From NCBI RefSeq assembly GCF_009914755.1, contig NC_060937.1: a DNA stretch of 64,000 nt. One strand, written 5' to 3'. The notes beneath the pieces are model-generated. The model was not told the origin of the DNA. It made no database searches and worked only from the letters and a program-made list of their open reading frames with translations. Below are positions 50,124-64,000 of the stretch, piece by piece. Each line of letters begins with the position of its first letter. Positions within the stretch are counted from its first letter, which is position 1. A program made the position numbers and the translations under genes. Origin of the DNA: the human T2T-CHM13v2.0 reference genome, Homo sapiens.

Positions 50124-53100
50124 ATATATATATGAGTGAATATATATATACACACACATATATATGAAATGATTGGGTTTATAGTGTGGGGAAAGCACAG
50201 ATCAAAATGAAAGAGGGCTAGATCTAGGGAAGGAGCACCATTATCTGTGAATCAAGTAGTTAAAGAAGTTTTCAGCCTGTCAAGGCATGAGATGGTTTGC
50301 CATACCAAGACCCAATTTATAAGCACCCTTGGGGATAGTAGTTTAGTAAGAAGAGAGCACATAATAGGAGTCAAGAGAAATAAAGGTTTCATATAACTTA
50401 GTAAATTTAATGTTCTCACACAAACGAGGAGCATAACAAAACAAGCAAAGCAAGCAGCAGACACATATCTGTAAGAAATTAGATCTGCAGTTCTAGATGT
50501 TGTTACCCTGCATTGGCTAAGGAGGAGTGGAATGTGTGGGGGTGGAGGAAGAAACCTGAATGTGAGAACTGGGAAGCATACTCATCTTTGCAGGGGGCTG
50601 GGGGATGGAGGGATGGCATGGGCATGATAAACTCAGATTGAAGGGAAAATAATTTTAGTATGCATTAAGAAAACAATAAAAAGATGCTGAAATCAAAAGG
50701 TTGGAGAGTCACCACTTGTGAGCAATGAAAATGATTGAAATAGGGCTACACAAATCCTCATTGCTAAATCTGAAATCAATGCTGAAGGATAAAGAGAAGG
50801 TCAGAGAAGAATCAACCCAATGTCAGCCTATTATTATAAAGCTCACAAAAAAAGCAAAACTAAAATATGTACATAATATTTAGGGATATCGATTACTGTG
50901 ATAAATCTACAAAGAAACAGGAAAAAAAGTTACTTGTTGTGAGGGAATGTTGGAAATGAGATCAGGGAGTGTCCCATGAGGCTCTGCAAAGTACTAATTT
51001 CTTCTTTCTTTAGCAAAGTGTTGATTCATGAGGTTCATTTTATTATTCTTTAACTTTATATGTGTATTACAAACACATTTTAATGCATTTTGCCCTTCTA
51101 ATGCTAAATATAATTACTGAACTTTCTCTGCTTAATGCATGTCAGCAAGTATAAATTTTCATAAATAAGAAATTCCATGCTAAAGAAACATTTTCATTAT
51201 TGCTAATAATAGCAAATGTCATTCATGGAGGTGCATTGTTATTTTATTCTGAGACGTTGTGTACATTTGTAACTTATAATGGGTTTGACCAGTTTGTGCA
51301 ATGCCTTTTTGATGTTTTGTATATACGAACAAAAAAATTATTGTATAAGATTGCCAAACTGTGATAATACCATAGTACTTGCAAGGTGAGGCATACGAAT
51401 ACTTTGGAAACCAAAGTAGACTTAATTAAAATATTGTGAGTGGTAAAGAAATAATAATTATTACTTGTTTGGTTCTTCTTTGAAATTTGAAACAGCCCTG
51501 TGCAATCTAATGTGTTCATAGCTAAAGAGACCATCTTGAATACTTAGAAAGATGTTCTTTTATTTTGGAATGATCTTCATGAGGTTTGGTGGATGTTATT
51601 CAATCCATGTATTCATTCCACTAATGTGTATTGAGTACCCTTCCTCTACAATGTGTGAGGCATTATGCTAAGCCCTTCACGTGTCATTTTAAATACAAGG
51701 TTGAAAACAAAGCTATGGGATAGGTATAATCTCATGAAATTGAGGCAGATGAGATTCCTGATACACTATAGGTTGTATTAATTTTAAAAAATGATTTGTG
51801 ATTAAAAAATAAAAGAATACATTCGAAATTGACCAATATTCCTCCAATGAATAGGCATTAAATCTGGGATTTGAGCCCTCTGTTCTCTGAAACTTTTATA
51901 TATGTGCTTTCTTCAAATGAATTGTATCTGAATCCCTAGACCTGACTGCTGTTTTCAGAACATGCCATTGCTATTTGTTTGTTTGTTTCTTCTGTTTGCA
52001 TTAAGACTGTCCTACACATTAGAAGATTAGTTGAAATGAATCAACCTATTATTAGCCTACTCTAAGATTCCAAGTGATGTCACTCCTGAGTGTTAGAAAT
52101 AGATATTTGAGTCAGTGCAAAGTCTGTATCAACAAATGCATAAAATGGTTGGGGGTGGCTGATGGGATGTCTGAGGAAAGAGTGCATGACTAAATCTCAT
52201 AACAGTATTTTTAAAAATCACATCTGAGATGCAGATTTAACCAAGAGTCTAAACTTTTCACTGATACTTGAAGTTTGCCTCCATAATATTCTGACTCATT
52301 CTGCACACCATGTTAATAAATCAGTAGGGAGATATTTTCATGATAAGAAATGTATTGAGGGAATATGAGAGCAAACTGCCTACCTTCGTTTATGCCAAAG
52401 ACACTGAATGTTAAAAATGCAAATAGACACACTCTTTTCTCTGCATGCCTAACACTATGCAAATACAAACTTAGGACAAGGGCCAATACAATGTAAAAGA
52501 AAGTAAATAAGCAAGCACAATCTCTTGACATATTTTGTGCTTCAGTGATACTAGTCTTCTGTTTACAAAAGAATTTCAAAGTTCTGATCTTCATGTTTAC
52601 CCCCTGCTGCAAGATGTCTGGTTTGGAAGTATTTTTTTTCCAGTGTGTTTTTACACAAAGCACACATGAGATTACTTATCTAAAATAAATATAAATATTC
52701 GTGAGCACCTACATGAATATGGGTAAACTTTATTATGAAAAGAGCATTAGCCAGCACTGCAGGCTAATGTTTAATACACACTAAAGGAAGGAGAAATCGT
52801 CAAGAATTTAAATTTAATAAGTGATCCGTGATATTAGCATATGTTGAATTGTAATGAATATTCAGTCATTCTGGTCGATTTTACCCTTTTCTAAATGATA
52901 TTTTTCATTATTTGACTATTCAAAATATCTTCTTTAGAATTTATAATACTTATATAAAGAGTATGTATACCAGAATAGTACAGTTGTCATTATGTATGCA
53001 TAAACACATGAATGTGTACAGGAAATAAAAATATTCTAGAGAAAGACATATTTAATTCAGAAGAAAGTTGTTAGCATTTTTCTAAAATGTAGTATTTGAA

Positions 53101-53639
53101 AAGTACAAGCCAGTATTATATAATACTATATATATAAAATTTATATTTTACAATGGAATCATATTTGCATAACTGGCTTAAACAAAGCACACTATTTTCA
53201 TGTCATGTCCCAAGGTCTCTGAAGAATATGAAAAATATTAGAAAAATGCATCCAGATAAGGAAAAAGCTTTGTACTTGAGATACATTATTTGTCAGTGGC
53301 CTTAGGCTCACCCATCTCTGATATATCTTCCACACAATCCTCAGAGTCCTCTTTCTAATATGCAAACATAGTTATGTCATTGTTTGTTTTTACCAAATGT
53401 GCTCAATGTCTCTTTTCTACAGGACAAACCAGATTTCATTTCTTACATATCACGATCTGGTTCTGTCCACTTATCATACTCATGTTTTTATTTCCTCAGG
53501 TGTAAATAATTGTTTGGGTTCTGATTTTCTTTTGTTTCTGTCCTTTTTACTGCTCATAATCCATTTTGAAGGTTATTCTTATGTAATTTTAAAATAATCT
53601 GAATTTGAATAATTCATTTTATTTGCTGAGAAGGAGTTT

Positions 53640-54085
53640 GGCACTGCCCCTGCCATGCCTAGAGGTAAGCATGTAAAATCAAACTCAGCAACTCAGAGCG
53701 CCCCAGGAAATATAAAATGACCAAATATGAGCCAGTCAATCACCTATCCAGAACTTTTCATACGGTGTTAGGAAAAAACAATGACAATAACAATAGCAAC
53801 AAAAATTCTCATCCTCTAGGGTAACTAAGTTGATGGATGTGAGTCACCAGCTTTGGCTACCATCTTTGTCAACTCTACTGAGAATGACGCCAACACACAA
53901 GAAAGAAGAGGCAAGGGGTGGAGACAAAAAGAGAGTCCAGATGGTGTGATTTGAATCCCTGGATATTGCTATGCCAGAAACCATAATATTTTAAGTTATA
54001 TGAGTACAAGTCTTCCTCTGTTTCTTCTTAAATCTAGTTGAAGCAAGTTTTCACAATTGTAACTGATAGAGTCATTATTAGTACA
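53640..54085 (+). mobile_element. Old MLT1 (J/K/L-type) LTR
   Basis: 'tgagaatgacgccaacaca...tttgaatccctggatattgctatgccaga...tgtaactgatagagtcattattagtaca'. Confidence 0.6.
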
Positions 54086-54459
54086 TCCTTTCATTCTCAT
54101 CTCAAATAATAATATCCTGTAATATGAAAATTCTTATATTTTCCAAAACAACTTATGTTGCTTTGGACTTTCATGACTTGGCACAAGAATCCCCATCTAC
54201 AACTCTTTTCCATTGTTTCTCTGTCTAATTCACCACTTTTCAACATTTTACTCACAACTAAAATGGTTTATCCACAGACAAAATTTCCCTGACTCCATTA
54301 GAAACTTAGTTTACCCTTCTACTAATCTCCTCCTACACACAAGGCATAATCTGGGTCCAGGAAAAAATGTCCTTTTGCTATAGCAATTGCTACATAGGTT
54401 GAGAGCAGGAACTGTGAAATGTCATGCAAATCTTTACAATGCCTGTAAAGATACATATA

Positions 54460-54862
54460 TAAACTGAATAAATAAATTTATTGCCTCACAGTTCTGGAGG
54501 CTTAAAGTCGGAAATAAAGTGTCAGCAGAGCTCTTTCCTCTGAAGCCCATAGAAGGGAATCATTTGTTGCCTCTTCCCAGCCTCTGGTACTTTGCCAGCA
54601 ATCCCTGATGTTCCTTGGCTTGCAGCTGCCAGCACTTCAATCTCTGTCTCTGACATCACATGATAGTTTCCCTGTGTGTACGTCTTTACGTAGCTATTTT
54701 CCCCCTCTTATAGGAACGCCAGTCAAATTGGATGAGGGCCAACCTTAATGACCTTGTGGTAACTTGATTATATCTGCAAAAAAATCTATTTTCAAATAAA
54801 GCTATGTTCACAACTACTTGAGATTAGGACTTCGACATATCTTTGGTGGAGACACAACTCAT
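54460..54862 (-). mobile_element. MLT1B/C-type LTR
   Basis: 'aaatttattgcctcacagttctggaggc...ttccttggcttgcagctgc...ttaggacttcgacatatcttt'. Confidence 0.8.
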
Positions 54863-54879
54863 CTGAGAGAATTTTTTAA

Positions 54880-57690
54880 ATGCAGGCAACAATAATTATA
54901 AATTACATTAACAAGTATGTAATGTATGAAGATTTAATTTGTGACAATAACCACAATAAAGAGAAAGATGGAGCTGTAAATGGGCAGGAGTTTTGTATAT
55001 TATCGTAGCTAAGTTGGTATTAATTCAAACTAGTTCGTTATAAATTTAAGATGTTAAAATGTTAATTGTAATCCTCAGGATAAATGCTGAGAAAATTACA
55101 AAAAAATAAAGAAAATGAGAAAGAAATCAAAATGGTACATTGAAAACAATCAATAAAGCACAAAAGAAGAAAGTAATGGAGGAAATGAGAAAAAAATGAG
55201 AAATATAAAAAAATGGGAAAATAAGTCACTATAAATGAATTTATCTTTTCAATTAAAAGGTGGGAATAGGCAGAATGGATGTATAAATTTATCCAAATAT
55301 GTGCTATCTGAAGAGACTCACTTCACATTTCAAAACACAAGTCGGTTAAAAATAAAATAATAAAAAAGATATTCAAATCAAATTGTAGCCAAAAAAGAAG
55401 GGATGTGGCTATATTAATATTTGAAAAAAAAAGTCAAAAATTGTTACAAGAGACAAAGAAGGATATTATATATTGATACAAGTGTCAATTTCACAGGAAG
55501 TTATAACAATTGTAAACAAATGTGCACCAAATGAGAGGGTCCCAAAATATATGAAGCAAATCTTGATAGAATTAAAGGGACAAATAGTTCAACAATAATA
55601 GTTGGATACATCAATGTCCCATTTTTATTAACGGATAACCAACTGGACAAAAGATCAACAAGGTACAAGAGGACTTGATCACACTATAAATCAATTAAAT
55701 TTAAAAGAGATACACGGAACACTCAACACAGCAGAATACACATTTTTCTTAGGTACACATGAAATGTTCTCCAGGATAGATCATATCTTTGGCCACAGAA
55801 CAAGTTTCAATTATTTAAAAACATTGAAATCCCCAAAAGTATCTTCACCAAACACAGTGGAATAAAATTAGAAATTAATAACATAAGAAAACATAGAAAA
55901 TTTAAGAATAGTTGGAGATTAAACAATCTGTCCTTAAAACACCAATGAGTCAAATAATAAATCATAAAGGAATTAGAAAAGGCTGTGAAACAAATGAGAA
56001 TGAAAATATAATAAAAATTTGGGGATGCATCAAAAGCAGTGCTCAGAAAAGAATTTAGAGCTGTAAACACCTACATTCAGATGGAAAAAAAAATCACAAA
56101 TCAATTACCTAAACTTCTACCATAAGGAACAGGATAAGTAAAGCAAACTAAACCCAAAGCAAGTAGTAGGATGAAAATATAAGAATTAGACTGGAGATAA
56201 GTAAAATAGAGAATAAAAAATCAATAATCAGAAATCGACATTATCAAAAGCTGGTTCTTTAAAAGATCAACAAAATTGACAAACCTTCAAGTAGACTAAC
56301 CTGGGAAGGAAGAGAAAAGACTTGATTATTAAAATCAAAATGAAGCTGGGCATTTTAATAAACTGTACAAAAATAAAAAGAAATAAAAATTAAAATGCCA
56401 AGACCACTTAATGGGAAAAGAATAATCATTTGAACAAACAGTGCTAGGACAACTTAATAGCCAACTGAAAAAGAATAAATTTGGGCCCCTACCTCACACC
56501 ATAGATAAAAATTGCCTTAAAATGGATCAAACATCTAAATGTAAGAGCTAAAATATCAAACACTTAGAAGAAAATATAGATATAAATCTTTGTGACCTTT
56601 TATTAAGCAACACTTTCTTAAATATGACACCAAATGCACAAGTAACAAAAGAAAAATAGATACATTGGGCTTCATCAGAACTAAAATGTTTGTGCTCTAA
56701 AGGTCACTATTTAAAAAGTCAAAAAGCCATCCACAGAATGAGAGAACATATTTGCAAATAATATATCTGATAAGTACCAAGTACCCAGATTATATAAATA
56801 ATTGTGCAACTCAACAACAAAAAGACAAAAAAAGCAATTTAAAAATGCGTATATATTTGAACACAGAGATTTTTCTAACAAAGATATACATATGTCAAAT
56901 ATGCACATTTAATAGTCTTACCATGGAAAAACAAATCAAAACCACAATGAGATACTCTTCACATTCACTAGGATGGTGATGGTTAAAACAAAAATAAAAG
57001 GTAAATTGGTGCTGGCAAAGATGTGAAGACATTGGAACCACCTCCTGCCCTGCCATACATTGCTGGTACGAATGTAAAACAGTGAGTTCACTTTGGAAAA
57101 CCGTTTTGTGATTTCTGAAATTGTTAAACAGAATAACCACAGGATAAGCAATTTTACTCTTAGATACGTACCCAACAGAATTGAAAGCAAGTATAAAAAC
57201 TTGTAACCAAATGTTCTTAGCAGAATTATTCATAATCACTAAAAAGTGGAATCAACTCAAATATTTATCATGTGATGAACTGATATACAAAAAGTGATAC
57301 ATCAATATAATGGAAATTATTTGGCCATAAAACACATAAAGTACTGGTACATACTACAACATGAATAAACCTTTAAGACAATATGCCTAGCAAAAAGGTT
57401 AGGCATATAGATTATTATTCCATTTATATGAAACTCCCAGAATAGGAAAATCCATAAAATGAGAAAGCAGATTAATGGTAGCCAGGGATTAAGGGTGGGG
57501 CAAAGAATGGAGATCCTCTGTTCAAGGAGTACAAGGTTTCTCTTTGAAATGGCAAAAATGGTATGAAATTAGGCAGTGGTGGTAGTTGCACAACATTGTG
57601 CAGGTACTAAAAGCCACCGAGCTGTACACTTTAAAGTGTTTTCGGTGGTGAATTTTATGTTATGTAAGTTTTACCTCAATTAAAAAGAAA
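54880..57690 (+). mobile_element. L1MB-type element with internal ORF2 deletion near 56390
   Basis: Inter-ORF and endonuclease remnants, then a jump to the ORF2 C-terminus; 3' end 'gttgcacaacattgtg...gtgaattttatgttatgtaagttttacctcaattaaaaa'. Confidence 0.8.
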
Positions 57691-60219
57691 CAGTTCAAAA
57701 GACAATGGGAGTGCAGGGCAGAAGTGCTGACAAATTATGTTAACGATTTCTTATTTACCTAATTAAATACTGATTTGAGGTGACTTCCTATATTATCTAC
57801 ATCTTTTTTTCCATCCACTTACCACAATAGCTTACCTTTGCATATTTACATAAATGTAGCATAAATTAGTACTAAACTGTGTAATTACTTTGTCCTTTTT
57901 TGCCTACTTGAAGTATCACTTTAATATTGACAAATTACTTCAGTTTTCAGGCTTTGCAAATACATTTGTTAAGCTGTAACAGCTACAGTAAATATTTTTT
58001 GAAAATGAGTTTAGTTGACCTTTTATTACAGAAACCTACTAAGCAGACATTTTTTCAAAGAATATGTGGCAAGAATTTTACTCCCTGAAAACGGTATTTT
58101 TTTCTTTCTATATTATCTAGATTAATTGATGAATTTTGAATATTTAGGGGATGCTAAAGAGAGACCCTGGAAAATCACTATGGGTCACAGAAATGTGTGG
58201 AAGGAAAACGACATGAGAAGATTCATTTTCCAACACGATTGACAGTAATGTAACCAGAATATGTCAGGAGCACATAACAAGTAGCACAGTAGGCAGGGCA
58301 GGTTCTGGGTTTCAGAGGGATTCAGAGGCTTCCAATCACACAGGAGTTCTTTTGTTTTTCTCTTTGTTTGAGTTTTAAACATATTTAAAAACAACTGTTT
58401 GATTTATTTTGTGATTTTAAGGTGTCCTGACGGAGATTTTTGGAGTGAAAAGTGTTCTAGAAGCATGTGGTGGTTCATTTCATGGATTTCTCATACCCAT
58501 TCAATCCTCAGATCTGGTAGCAGGTGCCATGGGAGAAAGAGAAGTGGAATAAAACTAGCACAAAAGACTCTAAAACCTCTGAAAGAATGCAGCTTTTATT
58601 TTTCCAGCATCCAGGTCATTTAACTAAAAAGCATTTTCATCTTACACAGCTGACAGTCCAGGTATGGCTGTATTTAACCACTTGTGATTATTCCACAATC
58701 AGGCAAGTGCCAACATGAACAATGAGAAGCACAGCATTCTGTCTGTACTTAACATTCTTTAAAATACTGTTCAATGATTAGTCAAAGCCCTATGGGAAAA
58801 ATACGTCATCCAAGAAAATAAATAGTTTGAAGACTTAGAAAGAAAAGTATCTATTCAATAGAAGGCAATAAGATGAAATAGCACTACCCTTTTAACTTCC
58901 ATTTCATTGTGCAAGTAAAGTGTTCAGGGTGCCGTTTGAACTTTTCTCATAGTGAGTATATTGGCAGGTAAACATAAAAGTAAATGTGGCTGGTTATACT
59001 CTTCTCTTCAACACATGATTATCTATGAAATAAACTTCACATATGCACCTTGAGATGAAGGAGCTCTTCCCCTACATACAAACATTCACCTTCATTAGAA
59101 AATGAGGCAAATAAAACAAAGATTTTTCTAAAATAATATCCTACTTTGAATGACAACTCCTCCTACTTTAGCTCCTTTAAATATGTTATTTCCATTGTGT
59201 AACATTCAGCTAAAAATGGGAGGGTTGATGTTGTAGTGAAAAGCAAGGTAAGTGTAGCATTGTAATATTTAGAGGACTGATGACAACAAAAGTCCTGTCT
59301 ACTTTGAAATATGTGAGAACTAGGCTTTGCATCTGGTCATCAGATCCACAGTACCTCACTGAAAGAACAAGACATACTACTACTTAACATTCTCAGATGT
59401 GGTTTATAGACATTAATTATTAGAAGCATTCTTCATGGTTTATGACCCCAAATGTAATATGTGTTACTAATAAGTCCTAATTGCATCTAACACTGTTTAT
59501 GTAAGAGAAGAAAAAATACCTATTTTGTAGCTAATATTAAAGCAGTTGACAGAATAAATCTAAAGGATAATTCAAGTTAGGTATATAGAGTTTGCACTGT
59601 AAATTAAGGTAAATCAATTCTTAGAACTCACAGATAGCTAGGTTACATCTTAAAAGATATTCGTCTTATAAGAGATATTTCTCTCTTTCTCTAAATGTTG
59701 TCTGTTTACTGGCAAGTTAACTCAAAGGGCCAGATGGCCAAAGCCATATGAGATCATTAGACAGTTCCTGTTAAAATTTTGGACAACAATTAACAGAAGC
59801 CCAGCAGGAGTTCCCCACTGTTGACCCCTAAAGGGTGGCTAATCAGCAGCATATGTGTTTATTTATACCAGCAGGCCCTTTTAATTAACAGCTCTGAGGT
59901 GTGTACTTTTTGGAATTTTGTACAGTCTATTAGGAAACAGTTCTGAAAAGGCCCAGTTATAAAGCATAAGTTATATTAAAATTGAAGTCAGAAGACAACA
60001 AAATGTCAAGATGTCTAGGCATAATACAGGTGGACCAAATATTAATAAGATCCCAACCAAAAAATCTCTTTGGCTGGATCCAAGGGTTGCCAAGAGTTGA
60101 TGCTGTTTTCACTTTCCCGCCCCAATCTGGATAAATTTACATAATCCATAACCATAGCACTGCCCTGACACTTGGAATGTTACTGATGGTTCTGAATCCA
60201 GACTATTCCCCTTGCTGCT

Positions 60220-60645
60220 TGATATGGTTTGGCTGTTTCCTGACCAAATCTCATGACTGGTTTTGAAATGTGAGGACATGAGATTTGGAGGGAGGGGCCA
60301 GGAACAGAATGATATGGTTTGGCTGTGTCCCCACCAAATATCAACTTGAATTGTATCTCCCAGAATTCCCACATGTTGTGGGAGGGACCCAGTGGGAGGT
60401 AATTGAATCATGGGGGCAGGTCTTTCCCCTGCTATTCTCATGATAGTGAATAAGTGTCATGAGATATAATGGGTTTATCAGGGGTTCCGCTTTTTCTCTT
60501 GCCACCATCACGTAAGAAGTGCCTTTTGCCTCCTGCCATGATTCTGAGGCCTCTTCAGCCATGTGGAACTGTAAGTCCAATTAAACCTTTTTTGTTCCCA
60601 GTTTTGGGTATGTCTTTATCAGCAGCGTGAAAATGAAATAATACA
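60220..60645 (+). mobile_element. THE1 (THE1A-like) provirus collapsed by internal deletion: 5'LTR stub + int 3' end + full 3'LTR
   Basis: tgatatggtttggctg at 60220 and 60310; polypurine tract before 60310; 5-bp TSD ctgct (60215-60219, 60646-60650). Confidence 0.9.
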
Positions 60646-60653
60646 CTGCTTTT

Positions 60654-60728
60654 TGCAATTAGGCTTTTTATCTACACTGATGCAATTAGGCTTTTTATCT
60701 ACACTGATGCTTTTTATCTACACTGATG
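60654..60728. repeat. 27-bp perfect tandem duplication plus a truncated third copy
   Basis: tgcaattaggctttttatctacactga x2 (60654-60707), then tgctttttatctacactgatg. Confidence 0.95.
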
Positions 60729-61831
60729 AGATCAGCACTTATGAACTGATCTCAGGTGGGCCTTACGCTCTATGCAAAATATATGCTAGGCAGTGTCATA
60801 CATACTGAAGATCTGACAGCAATACTCCTTTATTTTTCTCCAAAAGATAGACTTAGTGTAGGTAATTTCCTTACCATCATTGGGAAAATTATAAATATTC
60901 AACAGTAAAAGATTAAATAAATTTCCCTTCTTGGTCCTAACCTCATATTTAATCTTTATGCACATGGGTTGTTACAGTTGAAAACTGATACATAAAGAGA
61001 AACACCAACAACATGGAATCTGCTCCTGTGTAAGTCATTGAGATGATGATGATGTCACAGTGTGGCCTCATGACAAGAATTCCGTAAAGTCTTGATTCAT
61101 ACAAGCTCCTGAAAAATCATTGACTTACTTTTGAGCTCTCCATAGGCAAAAATAACCAGCAATATTAATAATACAAATACATTAATATAAATCAATGTTC
61201 TAATTATTCATTTTACTTTAATTTGGAATATTTAATTTCATCCTTAATGAAGTAATTTTTATTCTGAAAGTACCTCTGAAATACTGGGATCGGATCTTTC
61301 TTTGGTATGCCTTTCTTTGATCTTCAAACATGCATTTCATTTCCAAATTTTCAAAACTGATTTGACAACTAATATTTCATTAGATTTTAGCAGTAGCTGT
61401 AGGAAATTGTCAAAGCAGATGTCATTGTTCTTCTTTTATAGGAAAGAAAGAAGGAGTCTTATAAAGCTCCCAGCATGTCAAAGGATTCCATCCTGCGTCC
61501 CCTGGTTCCATGAGAAATGTTTTCCTCTCCTTACTATTCTATCTCCAGAGCATCTTCTGATGTCCCAAACCTCCTTAGGAAACTGCAGAGTATCTCTAAC
61601 TTCTAGAATAAGGAAACACATTTTCTTGGAAGTACTAATTATTCCCACATCCTTAAATCCTGAGGAAGTTAGTCACAATACTTGTTTTAAAAATGATTTA
61701 ATAATATTGTTAAAGATGCAAAAGGCATTCTGTAGGTATATTTATTTACTGTTGTTATGTGAGATAAGAGGTTCTGCATGATCCAGCCTAAATATAGATA
61801 GATAATTCTCATGTTGTAACTACAATGTGTA

Positions 61832-62238
61832 ATTAATGTAATTACTGCTTATAAGTGATTTAGTGAGGTTGCTGAAGAGAACTAACTCCAATGTGAATCC
61901 TCAAATTGAGTAAGACCCATATGTTGTTGGCTTTGCTTGAGATTAAATAACAGTTAATGAGTTCAGAAAACAAGGCAATAGATGATTGTATCATATTAAA
62001 TGGGATTTCAGTATTTTAACACAATAATGGTGAATTTTACTTGATATTATAGTTGGCAAAGATGAAGTTTCAATTAACCATTACTATAAAACAAAATAGT
62101 ATTGCTCAATTTTGAATGCTAAGGGCTGTAATTCTCAGTGAGTTTATTTAAAAAGAATACTGTATTTATTTAAAAATAAAACAATTTTTACTTCTTTGTA
62201 ACCTCACTAAATCACTTATAAGCAGTAATTACATTAAT
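61832..62238. repeat. Perfect 39-bp inverted repeat with 329-bp spacer
   Basis: attaatgtaattactgcttataagtgatttagtgaggtt (61832-61870) is the exact reverse complement of 62200-62238. Confidence 0.95.
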
Positions 62239-64000
62239 CATTTGTAAAATGTTTCATTTGAGGAAGAGTACAAGCATTGGGAGGAGAGCAATTACCTACC
62301 ATAATGGTGAGTTATACATAAAGAAGACGAATATTGTTACTTGTGGTGTTAGTGTAACTGATTAGTTCTAGATGCGAATTGCATTTGGGCAAGTCACCAT
62401 TTTCACTTCAAATAGATTAAATGCTAGGATGATGTCAAGAAGTTCTGGGCTTCTACATTCCTTAACAATGCCTGCTATCAGGCCCTTACATTCTGCCGAG
62501 ACTGAATTGTATATATAATTGTATTTTAAATGGGTAGACATGAAAAAGGCTACCATAATATATCTTTGCTATCAATGTCACACATCATAGCAGAAGACTC
62601 TAAAATCTTACAAGGTTCAAAAAAATTCATACTGGGATCAAAGGATGACAATGAGCTCCCATCTTTTATGCTGTGGTTACATTTTAAAGTCCATTGCCTT
62701 GCATTTTTATAGATTGATTAATAATGCTTTGCTTGCATAATGAAGCAGACAATCCTAATCAAACAATATAATAATAAAAGTGAAAGTACTTTAATTTTTA
62801 TATATTTAGTAGAACAGTTTACATAATAGAATCAGAGGCTTTAAATACTATTAGGGATTAGAGAAATAATCCAATCAAAATCTTTTAACATCTCTGTAAC
62901 TTCAAGTTCTTTTTAGTTTAGTAATTTAGCCAAAAGCCTACAACTAATTTCGGTAGAAAAAAGATTGAAATCCAGATCTTATGAGCTATTCAATACATTT
63001 TCAACCACTATAGAAAGTGCCCTAAACATTGAGTGACCCATTAATTGTGTGGGCTCAAAAACTAGGTAAATCAAAGTGTCACTTTTACAATATAAACTTT
63101 ATGAGAAAACCATCTGTATGCTAGTGATGGCATACTTGAGATAATTCTGTAAAGAAAATATATCACCAGAGACTCTCAATATATGAAGACAATGTATGTT
63201 TTTGAAAAACGAATATAATTTTGATAAAGTATAGTTTTTAAAAGGAAGTGAAACTTTGTTAAATAGATCTAAAGTTAATTTACTCGTAATTACTCAATTA
63301 TGCATTTGTAGTTTAATATATTTATTTAGAAATGGTCATGCTTTTTCCAGGATTTAACTTGTTTTTCAGTAACTTTGACTTCTTACGGCCACGTCTATCA
63401 GAATTTTGAAAGACAAATATTGTAGTGGCAAAGATATATGAAAATTAGGAAAATATTTTTGTGCAGGTTTCTTGAAATTCACTTCCTCTGTTCTCAAAAG
63501 GAATATGCTATACCATTCTAATGTTAGCAGCTATGTGAGATGGTGAAACTCTAAATCACATAATTACGTATCAATTTTAAAGATCAGAGATGACCTAAAG
63601 TGACTTCAGTTGATGTGGTCTATTTTAAAGCCACGTGAAGAATAAATAAAGGACAGGAAACAACCTCAATAGTGACACAGACAAGCTTCAATAAAAATGG
63701 GATTTCTCCAAATGTAATGGATGTCTGGCCATGGTGGGGTAACGATGTCTTTTGCCTCTACAGAGGGTGTCTCCTGCTTCCCACATTAGTGTCCTGTCAT
63801 AATGTTGGGTCTGTTACTCTCTGTGTTTGTTTTTATTGGCTCTTTTCTTCTGACCACTACCAAATGTTTCCATTTCCTCCCAATTAAAACTGTCTTTTGG
63901 GGATGGCTTTGATTGTTTCAGCCAGTCTTCATCAAGTGTAGGGTGCCTTATTGTGCACACATTTTCTAGGGCAACTTACAGAGCCTTGATTAGCTTGTAA

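Noticed and set aside
58421-58661. Possible + strand exon (ttttaag|gtg ... ccag|gtatgg)
   Set aside because: Splice-like motifs only, with no convincing reading frame or other support.
60654-60728. CRISPR-like repeat array
   Set aside because: The repeats are adjacent without spacers, the context is eukaryotic, and there are no cas genes.
61302-61781. 159-aa ORF in unique sequence
   Set aside because: TTG start, composition typical of random AT-rich DNA, and no recognisable homology.

Overview
Primate (human/great-ape-like) AT-rich, repeat-dense intergenic or deep-intronic DNA. No host protein-coding exon, RNA gene or CRISPR array can be supported, and most ORFs in the track are retroelement remnants or spurious. 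The main element is a full-length minus-strand L1PA2-like LINE-1 (10739-16817, 14-bp TSD). Its ORF1 is frameshifted, its ORF2 has two nonsense codons, its antisense ORF0 (16367-16582) is intact, and it has a probable mini 3' transduction. Also present are older L1PA/L1PB/L1M copies, Alus, solo LTRs with clean TSDs (LTR2, LTR12, MER41-type), an internally collapsed THE1 provirus and MLT/MIR/L2/DNA-transposon relics. The signal not explained by repeat annotation is a set of short, near-perfect, locally templated copies. These are perfect 38- and 39-bp inverted repeats, a 32-bp piece of a nearby LTR with snap-back hairpins, and serial tandem duplications; all resemble template-switch or polymerase-theta repair scars. 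I found no convincing evidence of a new gene system. Subfamily names come from recalled consensus features, not from a RepeatMasker run, and boundaries of old repeats are approximate.
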